DNA from: Nitrospirota bacterium
Lineage (GTDB): Bacteria > Nitrospirota > Thermodesulfovibrionia > Thermodesulfovibrionales > SM23-35
DNA: 64,000 bases
Reading direction: 5' to 3'
NCBI GenBank assembly: GCA_040753955.1
Contig: JBFMDQ010000004.1
Coordinates: forward strand, 5,889 to 69,888
A program made the translations under genes and the position numbers. The notes beneath the pieces were generated by a model that saw only the letters and a program-made list of their open reading frames with translations, was not told where the DNA came from and searched no databases. Shown here one piece after another: positions 39,694 through 47,989 of the stretch. Positions within the stretch are counted from its first letter, which is position 1; each line of letters begins with the position of its first letter.

Positions 39694-42219
39694 ATGATAG
39701 AAAGCATTTTGCAAAAATTCACCACAAAGTATAATTTTAAAACCATGTATAGAGACCCAAGGATATTCTTAGTAATATTCCTGTGCTCCTTTTCGAGCCT
39801 TGCCTATGAGATAGCCCTCACGAGGATATTTTCTGTCTCCCTCTGGTACCACTTTGCTTTTATGATAATAAGTATTGCCATGCTTGGCATCGGTGCAAGC
39901 GGGACATTACTATCCCTCTATCCTAAACTTAGAAGCCTATCCAATATCGGTATTTATAGCCTGTTGCTCGGTACCGGAATATCTCTGAGTTATCTTTTTT
40001 CAAATCAGATACCCTTTGATCCAGTGAGGCTTTCTTGGTCAAGGATGCAGTTGCTTTATATCGGTCTCTACTACGTAACACTCTCGATGCCATTTTTCTT
40101 CACAGGATTGATCATCGCCACAGCATTCTCCTGTATAAGCGAGAAATCAGGTATGATTTATGGTGCAGACCTTCTCGGTGCAGGTATAGGCTCAATAGGA
40201 ATCCTGTATCTCATGACAATCACAGGGCCTGATAAGGCTGTTTTTATCCTCTCTTCAATCGTACTCATGGCATCATTCATTATCGGCAAGAAAAGGCTGA
40301 AGGCAATCTCTCTGGTATTAATCTTACTTAACCTTTCTGCTCTGTTCTTTCAACCTGTATTTATTAACCTCAGGATGTCTCCATACAAGGGGCTTCAGGT
40401 AGCCCTGAGATATCCTGAAGCAGAACATTTAAAGACCTATTTCAGTCCCTTCTCAAGGATAGACACGTTTAAGAGCCCTGTAGTGCGTTTTGCCCCTGGC
40501 CTGAGCCTCAGGTATCTTGATAAACTCCCTGAACAGATAGGGTTTTCAATAGACGGAAGCGAGATAAATGCTATAACAGCTTTCCATGGGGGGATCCCCC
40601 AAAGGGGAACGGAGTCCCCCTTTGGCACTTTTCTTAGATACCTGCCATCTGCACTCCCCTATGAAGTAAGCGTAGGGGAGGATGTATTAATCCTTGACCC
40701 AAAAGGAGGTCTTCAAGTCATCGTTGCAGCTCATTACAGCTCAAAAAATCTCTATAAGGTCGAGTCCAATCCTCTCTTGATAAAAATCATCAGGGATGAA
40801 TTCAAAGCCTTTTCTGGCAATATCTACAGGGACGATACATGGTCAGGGCTCGGAAGGTCGTGGCTCAAGTCAGGTTACAAGAAATTCGATATTATCGACA
40901 TCTCATTGATGGGTTCAGCACCCTCTGGTTCTTTTGGAATATCAGAGGACTACAGGTCTACTGTTGAGGCATTCATGGAATACATAGGCCATCTAAAACC
41001 GGAGGGGCTTTTGAGCATAAACCTCTTTATATTACCGCCTCCACGAATAGAATTGAGACTCATAAATACCATTATTACAGCTATGGAGGAGCTCGGGATA
41101 AAAGATATGGAAAAACAGGTTGTAGCTATTCGAAGTTGGGGAAGTATGTGTATTCTCATAAAAAGATCACCCTTTACCCTTAATGAGATAGAGGCTATCA
41201 AGGAGTTTTCAAAAGACAGACGGTTCGATTTAATACACTATCCGGGCATCAAAGAAGAGGAGGCAAACGTCTATATTCGAATGCCCTCAAATGAATATTT
41301 CACTGCCTTTAAAAATATCCTGAATCCCGAAACACGTACAGGGTTTATACATGATTATATCTTTGATATAAGCCCTGTCCGTGATGACAGCCCATTTTTT
41401 CATTATTATCTCAAACTCAAAAACATCAAGGAGACCTATAAAATTATGGGGGAAAAATGGCAGTATTTTATAGAAGAAGGATACATCCTTCCAGTGATCT
41501 TCATGCAGGTAATGTTTTTAAGCCTGATTCTTATAATTCTCCCGGCCTTATCAAGAAAATCATATGTCATTGCGAGGAGGTCGTTTCGACCGACGAAGCA
41601 ATCCCAACAGCAAATACTAAGAGGCAAAGACGAGATTGCTTCGCCCCGTATTGAATACGGGGCTCGCAATGACATGGGAAAAAGGTTTTTACCTTATTTC
41701 GCCTTCCTAGGTCTCGGATTCATGTTTGTAGAGGTGTCTCTGATCCAGAAGATCATCCTTCCCCTTGAAAACCCCTCCTATGCAGTCGCTACCGTCCTCA
41801 CATCAATCCTCATAAGTTCAGGTATCGGGAGTCTATTGAGTCACAGGGTTTCAGGTCTCAGAAGCCCCTCTGTAACAATCGCTCTCTCCTTTCTTATCAT
41901 CCTTTACAGCGTTCTTCTCCCATCTATCCCAGATATAATTTCTCCTTATTCGATACCGGTAAAGATTATCTCTGTATTCTTCATCCTCATGCCGCTCGGC
42001 CTTCTCATGGGTATCCCCTTCCCCGCGGGTCTGAAAATCCTCGGTGAGAAGAATGAATCATTAATCCCCTGGGCATGGGCGATAAACGGTTGCCTATCAG
42101 TCCTCGCACCTATCCTGACTATTATGTTAGCAATAGTCATCGGGTTCAAAATGGTCCTCTGGCTGGGGGCATTAACATATGTGATGGCGTTTGTATTTAT
42201 AAAGAAATTTGCCTCATGA
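39694..42219 (+). CDS. polytopic membrane protein with central spermidine-synthase-like domain; carries two intragenic repeat insertions
   Basis: The N-terminal TM block LAYEIALTRIFSVSLWYHFAFMIISIAMLGIGASG is typical of membrane-fused spermidine-synthase-like proteins. Soluble central domain, C-terminal TM block. Repeats at 40588-40625 and 41566-41673 are read through in frame. Confidence 0.6.
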   Translation: MIESILQKFTTKYNFKTMYRDPRIFLVIFLCSFSSLAYEIALTRIFSVSLWYHFAFMIISIAMLGIGASGTLLSLYPKLRSLSNIGIYSLLLGTGISLSYLFSNQIPFDPVRLSWSRMQLLYIGLYYVTLSMPFFFTGLIIATAFSCISEKSGMIYGADLLGAGIGSIGILYLMTITGPDKAVFILSSIVLMASFIIGKKRLKAISLVLILLNLSALFFQPVFINLRMSPYKGLQVALRYPEAEHLKTYFSPFSRIDTFKSPVVRFAPGLSLRYLDKLPEQIGFSIDGSEINAITAFHGGIPQRGTESPFGTFLRYLPSALPYEVSVGEDVLILDPKGGLQVIVAAHYSSKNLYKVESNPLLIKIIRDEFKAFSGNIYRDDTWSGLGRSWLKSGYKKFDIIDISLMGSAPSGSFGISEDYRSTVEAFMEYIGHLKPEGLLSINLFILPPPRIELRLINTIITAMEELGIKDMEKQVVAIRSWGSMCILIKRSPFTLNEIEAIKEFSKDRRFDLIHYPGIKEEEANVYIRMPSNEYFTAFKNILNPETRTGFIHDYIFDISPVRDDSPFFHYYLKLKNIKETYKIMGEKWQYFIEEGYILPVIFMQVMFLSLILIILPALSRKSYVIARRSFRPTKQSQQQILRGKDEIASPRIEYGARNDMGKRFLPYFAFLGLGFMFVEVSLIQKIILPLENPSYAVATVLTSILISSGIGSLLSHRVSGLRSPSVTIALSFLIILYSVLLPSIPDIISPYSIPVKIISVFFILMPLGLLMGIPFPAGLKILGEKNESLIPWAWAINGCLSVLAPILTIMLAIVIGFKMVLWLGALTYVMAFVFIKKFAS
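40588..40625. repeat. G/C-tract palindromic hairpin inside the 841-aa membrane protein gene
   Basis: GGGGGGATCCCCC overlaps the hairpin CCAAAGGGG-AACGGAGTC-CCCCTTTGG. Translated in frame as HGGIPQRGTESPFGT. Confidence 0.7.
41566..41673. repeat. 108-bp MITE-like element with perfect 11-bp terminal inverted repeats, inserted in frame (36 codons)
   Basis: Termini GTCATTGCGAG ... CTCGCAATGAC. Internal inverted pair GAAGCAATC/GATTGCTTC and hairpin CCCCGTATTGAATACGGGG. Flanked by AT on both sides. Translated as VIARRSFRPTKQSQQQILRGKDEIASPRIEYGARND. Confidence 0.8.
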
Positions 42220-42240
42220 CGAATTTTTTCAGTACTCTCC

Positions 42241-42282
42241 AGTCCCAAATCAACAATAACCAAGTCCCAAGCACCAAATAAG
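42241..42282. repeat. half-copy (single arm) of the CCAATAACC family (downstream of the 841-aa gene)
   Basis: AGTCCCAAATCAACAATAACCAAGTCCCAAGCACCAAATAAG. Confidence 0.55.
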
Positions 42283-42286
42283 ACCT

Positions 42287-43009
42287 TCACTTTTGTGCTT
42301 CGCCAACCATTGGCACAAAGGCCACAGGGCCCATCTGCTCGACATCAAGCTCGCCCTTCTTCTTTGTCACAAGGGTCAATACCTGATAATAGACTGTGCT
42401 TCCTAAAGGGATTATGAGTCTTCCTCCCTCTTTAAGCTGCTTAATCAAGGGCGGAGGGACATGGTTCGCAGCAGCAGTTATGATTATTGCATCAAAGGAG
42501 GCATATTCTTCCCATCCAGAATAACCGTCAGCATGTTTCACCTTCACATTCTTATAACCGAGGTCTTTAAGCCTCTTAGCCGCCATGTCTGCAAGGGATT
42601 TCCTTATCTCTATCGTGTAAACCTCTTTTACTATTTCTGCCAGTACCGCTGCCTGGTAACCTGAGCCTGTGCCTATTTCAAGCACCCTGTCAGTTGGCCT
42701 TAACATTAATGCCTCTGTCATTAGGGCAACGACATAGGGCTGAGAAATTGTCTGTCCCTCTCCTATCGGTAGCGGATAATCTGCATATGCCCTACCCCTC
42801 AGATATTCATCCACAAAAAGGTGCCTCGGAATCTTTCCCATCACCTCAAGAACCCTTTTATCTTTTATACCTCTGCCCTTTATATCATTCTCTACCATGG
42901 CCTGACGCTTCTGTAGATAAGGGTCCGATGCTGAAAGATCACAAGGGGATTGAAAAAACAAAAGGAGAAACAAGTAAAGGGTTATGGAAGACAGGACAGG
43001 GTGTTTCAT
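42287..43009 (-). CDS. pcm: protein-L-isoaspartate O-methyltransferase (with signal peptide)
   Basis: [19 protein letters not shown] and [17 protein letters not shown] motifs. Confidence 0.9.
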   Translation of the reverse strand: MKHPVLSSITLYLFLLLFFQSPCDLSASDPYLQKRQAMVENDIKGRGIKDKRVLEVMGKIPRHLFVDEYLRGRAYADYPLPIGEGQTISQPYVVALMTEALMLRPTDRVLEIGTGSGYQAAVLAEIVKEVYTIEIRKSLADMAAKRLKDLGYKNVKVKHADGYSGWEEYASFDAIIITAAANHVPPPLIKQLKEGGRLIIPLGSTVYYQVLTLVTKKKGELDVEQMGPVAFVPMVGEAQK

Positions 43010-43380
43010 TGTATTCTTGCCTTGAGAACAAGGGTAACCATAGGCCTTTTAGGGTCATTGGAGGAAACCCGTACGCTTTTATAGATAGGGCCCACTCTGC
43101 CCTTTATATCAATCTTTGCAATAACCTTTCCTTTTTCCCCAGGCTTCAGGCGGCTCGAACTGGCCATCACCGCTGTGCACCCTCAGGAGGGAATCAGTTT
43201 TTCTATGACGAGCTCCTCATTACCTGCATTTGTAAACTCAAATGTATATTCGATCATTTCACCTACATCTATTGTCCCAAAATCATATCTGTCTGTATCG
43301 AACAATATTAAAGGCTGGGAATAGGAGACCACTGGGAAGAGGAGTAAAAACAATAGCAAAAAAATCTTTCTCATGGACAT
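43006..43380 (-). CDS. DUF1573 family secreted protein with in-frame TGA at the conserved Cys (selenocysteine candidate or nonsense pseudogene)
   Basis: Reads [42 protein letters not shown][TGA][35 protein letters not shown]. The TGA (43185-43183) aligns with the first Cys of the DUF1573 SCGCT motif. The downstream part stays open for 58 codons and ends in an ATGA overlap with the pcm start. Confidence 0.6.
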
Positions 43381-43542
43381 ATATTACAACATACCTTTTA
43401 AATAAGGAAATATCTCTGGTTATCGGGTAGCCGCAGACTTTAGCCTGCGTGCATTTTAGAAGTATTGGTTCTGAAGAATCGAGTCTCTTGAGGGTCTATT
43501 AACTTATTCGTATGCTTTAGGTTATATTGAAAAGATACTAAA

Positions 43543-46062
43543 ATGCAGAATTACATAACAATAAAAGGCGCAAGAGAGCATAATCTCAAGAATATCGACC
43601 TCTCAATACCCAGAGATACAATAACTGTAATAACAGGCCCATCAGGTTCAGGTAAATCATCCCTTGCTATCGATACGGTATATGCAGAGGGACAGAGGCG
43701 CTATGTCGAAAGTCTTTCAGTTTATGCAAGGCAATTCCTTGAGCAGCTCCGTAAACCCGATGTGGACTATATTGAGGGACTGTCTCCGTCTATCGCTATA
43801 GACCAGAAGACCGCAATAAGGAGTCCTCGCTCGACCGTCGGCACCATTACCGAGATATACAACTACATGCGCGTCCTTTACACGAGGATAGGCAAGCCAT
43901 ACTGTTATAATTGCGACTCTCTAATATCAAAACAGGAATCTAAGGATATTATTAATTCCGTTATGTCCTTACCCCGGGGCAGCCGTCTGCAAATCCTTGC
44001 ACCCATAGTCAGGGACAGAAAGGGCGAATACAGGAAAAAGCTTCAGCAGATGAGAAGAGAAGGGTTTATAAGGGCAAGGATAGATGGAAGGATGATGGAT
44101 CTCACAGAGGATATTGCCCTTAAGAAGCAGAAACGCCATACCATAGAGATTGTTATAGACAGGCTGATTATAAAGCCGGGCATTGATCGCCAGATAAAGA
44201 ATGCAATCGAAACAGCCCTGAGTTATTCGGATATTGTAGTAATAAACTTGATTGATGAAAACAGGGATATCCTGTTTTCGAAGACCCTTGCCTGCCCAAA
44301 ATGCGGAATTAGCTACCCCGATGTAAACCCTATGTTCTTCTCCTTTAATAGCAAGCAGGGTGCCTGCCCGAGATGTAATGGCCTTGGTTTTGAGAACATC
44401 GAGGAGAACTCTACCGAGCTTGAGGACCAGAAATATTGCAGACTCTGTAATGGTTTAAGGTTGAGAAGAGAGGCATTAAACATAAAAATACAGGATATAA
44501 ACATAGGTGAATTTGCAAGGATGTCTGTGAGGGATGCGCTGTTTTTTATCAACAATCTAAAACTCACGGAGAGAGAGCAGACAATTGCATCTCGTGTTCT
44601 TAAGGAGGTCAAGGACAGACTTAATTTCCTCGAGAAGGTAGGATTAGGTTATCTCACGCTTGATAGGTCATCCCTTACGATCTCGGGTGGAGAGTCACAG
44701 AGGATAAGGCTTGCAACACAACTGGGCTCTTCCCTGACAGGGGTTCTCTATATACTCGATGAGCCAACAATAGGAATGCATCCGAGGGACTGCAAAAAAC
44801 TCCTCGAAAGCCTTTCGTCAATAAGGGATGCTGGGAACACCGTTATCGTTGTCGAGCACGATGAGGAGACAATAAGGTGGGCAGACCATGTTGTGGATAT
44901 GGGGCCTGGGGCAGGGCTGAATGGTGGCTGGGTTACAGCCTCAGGGAAACCCGAGGAGATAGAGAAAAACGAAAAGTCAATAACAGGAAAATACCTCAGT
45001 GGCTCGATATCAATAGATACTCCTCTTATAAGGAGAAAGCCAGAGGACTTTATCAGGATAATAGGTGCTCAGGAATTCAATCTCAAGGATATCAATGTCA
45101 ATATCCCCCTCGGAACCTTCGCATGCGTAACAGGGGTTTCAGGTTCAGGCAAAAGCACACTCGTGCTGGAGGTACTCTATAAGGCACTCTTAAAGGAAAT
45201 TTACAGGAGCAAATTGACACCCGGCCGACATAAAGAGATAATAGGAGCGGATAAGATAGATCGTGTGATATGTGTTGACCATTCACCTTTGGGAAAGACC
45301 CCCAGATCTAATCCAGCAACCTATACCGGGGTCTTCTCATTTATTAGAGAGTTATTCTCACATGTGCCTGATTCAAAGATAAGGGGCTACACCCCTTCAA
45401 GGTTCAGTTTCAACCTGTCTGGCGGAAGATGCGAATCCTGCCGCGGAGATGGACTGATCAAGGTAGAGATGCACTTTCTCCCCCATGTTTATATACCGTG
45501 CGATACCTGCAAGGGGAAAAGATACAATAAGGAGACCCTCGAGATCAGATATAAAGGTAAAAATATTGCTGAGGTGCTTGATATGACTGTATCCGAGGCA
45601 CTTCAATTTTTCTCATTCATTCCTTCAATAAGGCAAAAACTCGAGGTCCTCGAAGATGTCGGGCTTGGGTATTTACAGCTCGGACAGCCTGCAGCAACAC
45701 TTTCAGGGGGTGAGGCACAAAGGGTGAGACTCTCAAAAGAGCTCGGGAAAAAATCAACAGGCAACACGCTCTATATACTCGATGAACCCACAACAGGGCT
45801 TCATTCTGTTGATATACATAAACTGCTCAATGTAATAAACAGACTCATAGATTTAGGAAATACGGTCATCATAATAGAACACAATCTCGATGTGATAAAA
45901 TCAGCCGACTACATTATAGACCTCGGGCCTGAAGGTGGAGAAGAAGGAGGAAGGGTTGTTGCAGAAGGCACCCCAGAGGAGGTCAGCATGAACCCCAATT
46001 CCTATACAGGGAAATTCTTAAGGAATAAACTGTTAAGGCCCAGTCACGCAAGAGTAGCATGA
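43543..46062 (+). CDS. uvrA: excinuclease ABC subunit A (short form lacking the insertion domain)
   Basis: Both ABC modules ([21 protein letters not shown]), zinc modules and LSGGE signatures. 839 aa versus about 940 in E. coli. Confidence 0.92.
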   Translation: MQNYITIKGAREHNLKNIDLSIPRDTITVITGPSGSGKSSLAIDTVYAEGQRRYVESLSVYARQFLEQLRKPDVDYIEGLSPSIAIDQKTAIRSPRSTVGTITEIYNYMRVLYTRIGKPYCYNCDSLISKQESKDIINSVMSLPRGSRLQILAPIVRDRKGEYRKKLQQMRREGFIRARIDGRMMDLTEDIALKKQKRHTIEIVIDRLIIKPGIDRQIKNAIETALSYSDIVVINLIDENRDILFSKTLACPKCGISYPDVNPMFFSFNSKQGACPRCNGLGFENIEENSTELEDQKYCRLCNGLRLRREALNIKIQDINIGEFARMSVRDALFFINNLKLTEREQTIASRVLKEVKDRLNFLEKVGLGYLTLDRSSLTISGGESQRIRLATQLGSSLTGVLYILDEPTIGMHPRDCKKLLESLSSIRDAGNTVIVVEHDEETIRWADHVVDMGPGAGLNGGWVTASGKPEEIEKNEKSITGKYLSGSISIDTPLIRRKPEDFIRIIGAQEFNLKDINVNIPLGTFACVTGVSGSGKSTLVLEVLYKALLKEIYRSKLTPGRHKEIIGADKIDRVICVDHSPLGKTPRSNPATYTGVFSFIRELFSHVPDSKIRGYTPSRFSFNLSGGRCESCRGDGLIKVEMHFLPHVYIPCDTCKGKRYNKETLEIRYKGKNIAEVLDMTVSEALQFFSFIPSIRQKLEVLEDVGLGYLQLGQPAATLSGGEAQRVRLSKELGKKSTGNTLYILDEPTTGLHSVDIHKLLNVINRLIDLGNTVIIIEHNLDVIKSADYIIDLGPEGGEEGGRVVAEGTPEEVSMNPNSYTGKFLRNKLLRPSHARVA

Positions 46063-46229
46063 AGATTATCTGCCCTATATGTAAAAAAACAACAACGTGG
46101 GAGGAAAATCCCTGGAGGCCATTTTGTTCCGAGAGGTGCAAACTCATTGACCTCGGCAAATGGGTATCAGAGGAATACAGGATTGCAGGGGAAAAGCAAG
46201 AGGAGAAGAAAGAGGAAAAGAAAGAATAA
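46059..46229 (+). CDS. yacG: DNA gyrase inhibitor YacG (zinc-finger protein)
   Basis: Not in ORF track (56 aa). Reads [40 protein letters not shown].., matching the YacG CPxC..PFCSxRCxxIDLGxW pattern. ATGA overlap with the uvrA stop. Confidence 0.7.
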   Translation: MKIICPICKKTTTWEENPWRPFCSERCKLIDLGKWVSEEYRIAGEKQEEKKEEKKE

Positions 46230-46244
46230 AGACAGGAGGTTATT

Positions 46245-47048
46245 ATGGTCAGGATAGCAGTTGCAGGGGCAGCAGGAAGAATGGGTAGCAGAATCACTGC
46301 CCTTTCGAGGGAATATCCTGAATTGAAACTCACAGGTGCCTTCGAAAAAAAGGGGCATGATGCGGTGGGAAAGGACATTGGACTTGTAATCGGAATAGGT
46401 GAGATAGGGATAAAACTTCAAGACAGCCTTGAAGATATTATTGACAATGTAGATGTAATTATCGACTTTACTACTCCGAGCTCGACAAAAGAAAACGTAA
46501 GGCTTTCGGCTAAGAAAGGTAGGGCAATGGTGATAGGAACAACCGGATTCTCAAGGGATGAAATGAAGGAGATAGAGGCTTCGATAAAAAATATACCATG
46601 CGTTATGTCATCCAATATGAGCGCAGGCGTAAATCTCCTGCTGAAGGTGTTGCAGAATACAGCAAAGGTTTTGGGTGACGAATACGATATAGAAATTATC
46701 GAGGCACACCACAGGATGAAAAAGGATGCACCCAGTGGCACGGCAATGAAGATGGCACAGTTAATTGCAGATGCTATAAACAGAAATCTTGATGAGGTTG
46801 CTGTATACACAAGAAAAGGGCTTATTGGCGAGAGAACCAGGAAAGAAATTGGCATACAGACTATACGTGCAGGTGACATTGTAGGAGAACATACCGTTAT
46901 ATTTGGTGGCCTCGGTGAAAGGATCGAGATTACCCATAAGGCATCAAGCAGGGACACATTCGCAAGGGGTGCATTAAAGGCAGCTATGTGGGTATATGGT
47001 AAACCAGCAGGTCTTTATGATATGCAGGATGTGCTTGGGCTGAAGTAA
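46245..47048 (+). CDS. dapB: 4-hydroxy-tetrahydrodipicolinate reductase
   Basis: GAAGRMG N-terminus and EAHHRMKKDAPSGTA catalytic motif. Confidence 0.95.
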   Translation: MVRIAVAGAAGRMGSRITALSREYPELKLTGAFEKKGHDAVGKDIGLVIGIGEIGIKLQDSLEDIIDNVDVIIDFTTPSSTKENVRLSAKKGRAMVIGTTGFSRDEMKEIEASIKNIPCVMSSNMSAGVNLLLKVLQNTAKVLGDEYDIEIIEAHHRMKKDAPSGTAMKMAQLIADAINRNLDEVAVYTRKGLIGERTRKEIGIQTIRAGDIVGEHTVIFGGLGERIEITHKASSRDTFARGALKAAMWVYGKPAGLYDMQDVLGLK

Positions 47049-47050
47049 AC

Positions 47051-47082
47051 CCCGTTAGAAGACCTTTCGCCCTTCTAACGGG
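47051..47082. repeat. CCCGTTAGAA...TTCTAACGGG hairpin just after the dapB stop
   Basis: 11-bp stem CCCGTTAGAAG/CTTCTAACGGG. Same stem family as 9641-9669. No U-tract, so it is a repeat hairpin rather than a clear terminator. Confidence 0.6.
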
Positions 47083-47137
47083 ATTGCTCACACGAGGCAT
47101 TGACCCCGTGTTCGCTTGAAAAGGAACTTATTTTCAT

Positions 47138-47187
47138 CCCCGCTCTGCCCGCCCCGCTTCGCGGAGCGAGGCCGGGGAAGAGCGGGG
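47138..47187. repeat. GC-rich compound hairpin
   Basis: CCCCGCTCT..CCGCTTCGCGG..AGAGCGGGG (9-bp outer stem with an inner hairpin). Confidence 0.55.
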
Positions 47188-47226
47188 CTTTATGGGGTGC
47201 GGGGTAAAGCAGGATCTTTTATTTAA

Positions 47227-47394
47227 ATGAAAAAACCTACAAAAAGGAAAAAACCAAAACCCCGCCTTCCTATCGAGGCAGCCTTGAAACTCCGCAGCCA
47301 TCCCGTTATAGCAAAAAAGGGTGAGAAAGGATATGATAGAAGGCGTATTAAGCAGCAAACCACGGAAATCATTGAAGAAGAAAAAATTGAATAA
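47227..47394 (+). CDS. small highly basic ORF (55 aa), function unknown; faint ArfA-like pattern
   Basis: Not in ORF track. Reads MKKPTKRKKPKPRLPIEAALKLRSHPVIAKKGEKGYDRRRIKQQTTEIIEEEKIE*. An AT-rich hairpin AAAAAATTGAAT/ATTGAATTTTTT straddles the stop codon. Coding status unproven. Confidence 0.3.
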   Translation: MKKPTKRKKPKPRLPIEAALKLRSHPVIAKKGEKGYDRRRIKQQTTEIIEEEKIE

Positions 47395-47443
47395 AAAAGA
47401 TTGAATTTTTTGCCTTTATCTGGTATATTTCCATCGCTTTGCG

Positions 47444-47974
47444 ATGGAAGACAGAGAAAAGATATCGGTGTTTGAAGCACTCTTGTTTCTTTCAGGGGAA
47501 CCAATAACGCCTTCCACTATAAAGGATGTGATAGAGCTCCCTGAGTCTGAAATAAAAAGGCTTATGGAAGAGTTGATGGCACAGTATAAAGAGCGAAATG
47601 CAGGGCTACTGATAGTTGAGATAGCAAATGGCTACCAAATGGTGACAAATCCTGAGTATTCGGAATGGGTAAAGAAGTTCAAAAGTGCCCATTTATCAAG
47701 CAGACTCTCAATGCCTGCCCTCGAGACCCTCGCCATAATAGCATACAGACAACCCATAATCAGGGCCGAGATCGAACAGCTAAGAGGTGTTAATTCGGAC
47801 AGCGCTATCAGGACTCTCCTCGATAGAAGGCTCATAAGGGTAATAGGCCGTAAAGAGGCACCTGGCAGGCCCTTTCTTTATGGAACAACAAAGGAATTTT
47901 TGCAATGTTTTGGTTTAAAAGACCTTACAGAACTGCCGACCCCTAAAGACCTCGTGAGGGAAGAGGCAGCCTGA
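47444..47974 (+). CDS. scpB: segregation and condensation protein B
   Basis: ALLFLSGEPI.., LSMPALETLAIIAYRQPIIRAEIEQLRGV winged-helix motifs. Confidence 0.9.
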   Translation: MEDREKISVFEALLFLSGEPITPSTIKDVIELPESEIKRLMEELMAQYKERNAGLLIVEIANGYQMVTNPEYSEWVKKFKSAHLSSRLSMPALETLAIIAYRQPIIRAEIEQLRGVNSDSAIRTLLDRRLIRVIGRKEAPGRPFLYGTTKEFLQCFGLKDLTELPTPKDLVREEAA

Positions 47975-47989
47975 TCCTGGAAGGGTGTT

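Noticed and set aside
21441-43185. Genetic-code reassignment of TAG or TGA to explain the in-frame stops.
   Set aside because: TGA and TAG terminate many conserved genes in this window at family-typical lengths (TGA: rseP, uvrA, ribH; TAG: rfbC). A global reassignment is therefore excluded, and only site-specific recoding (Sec) remains possible.
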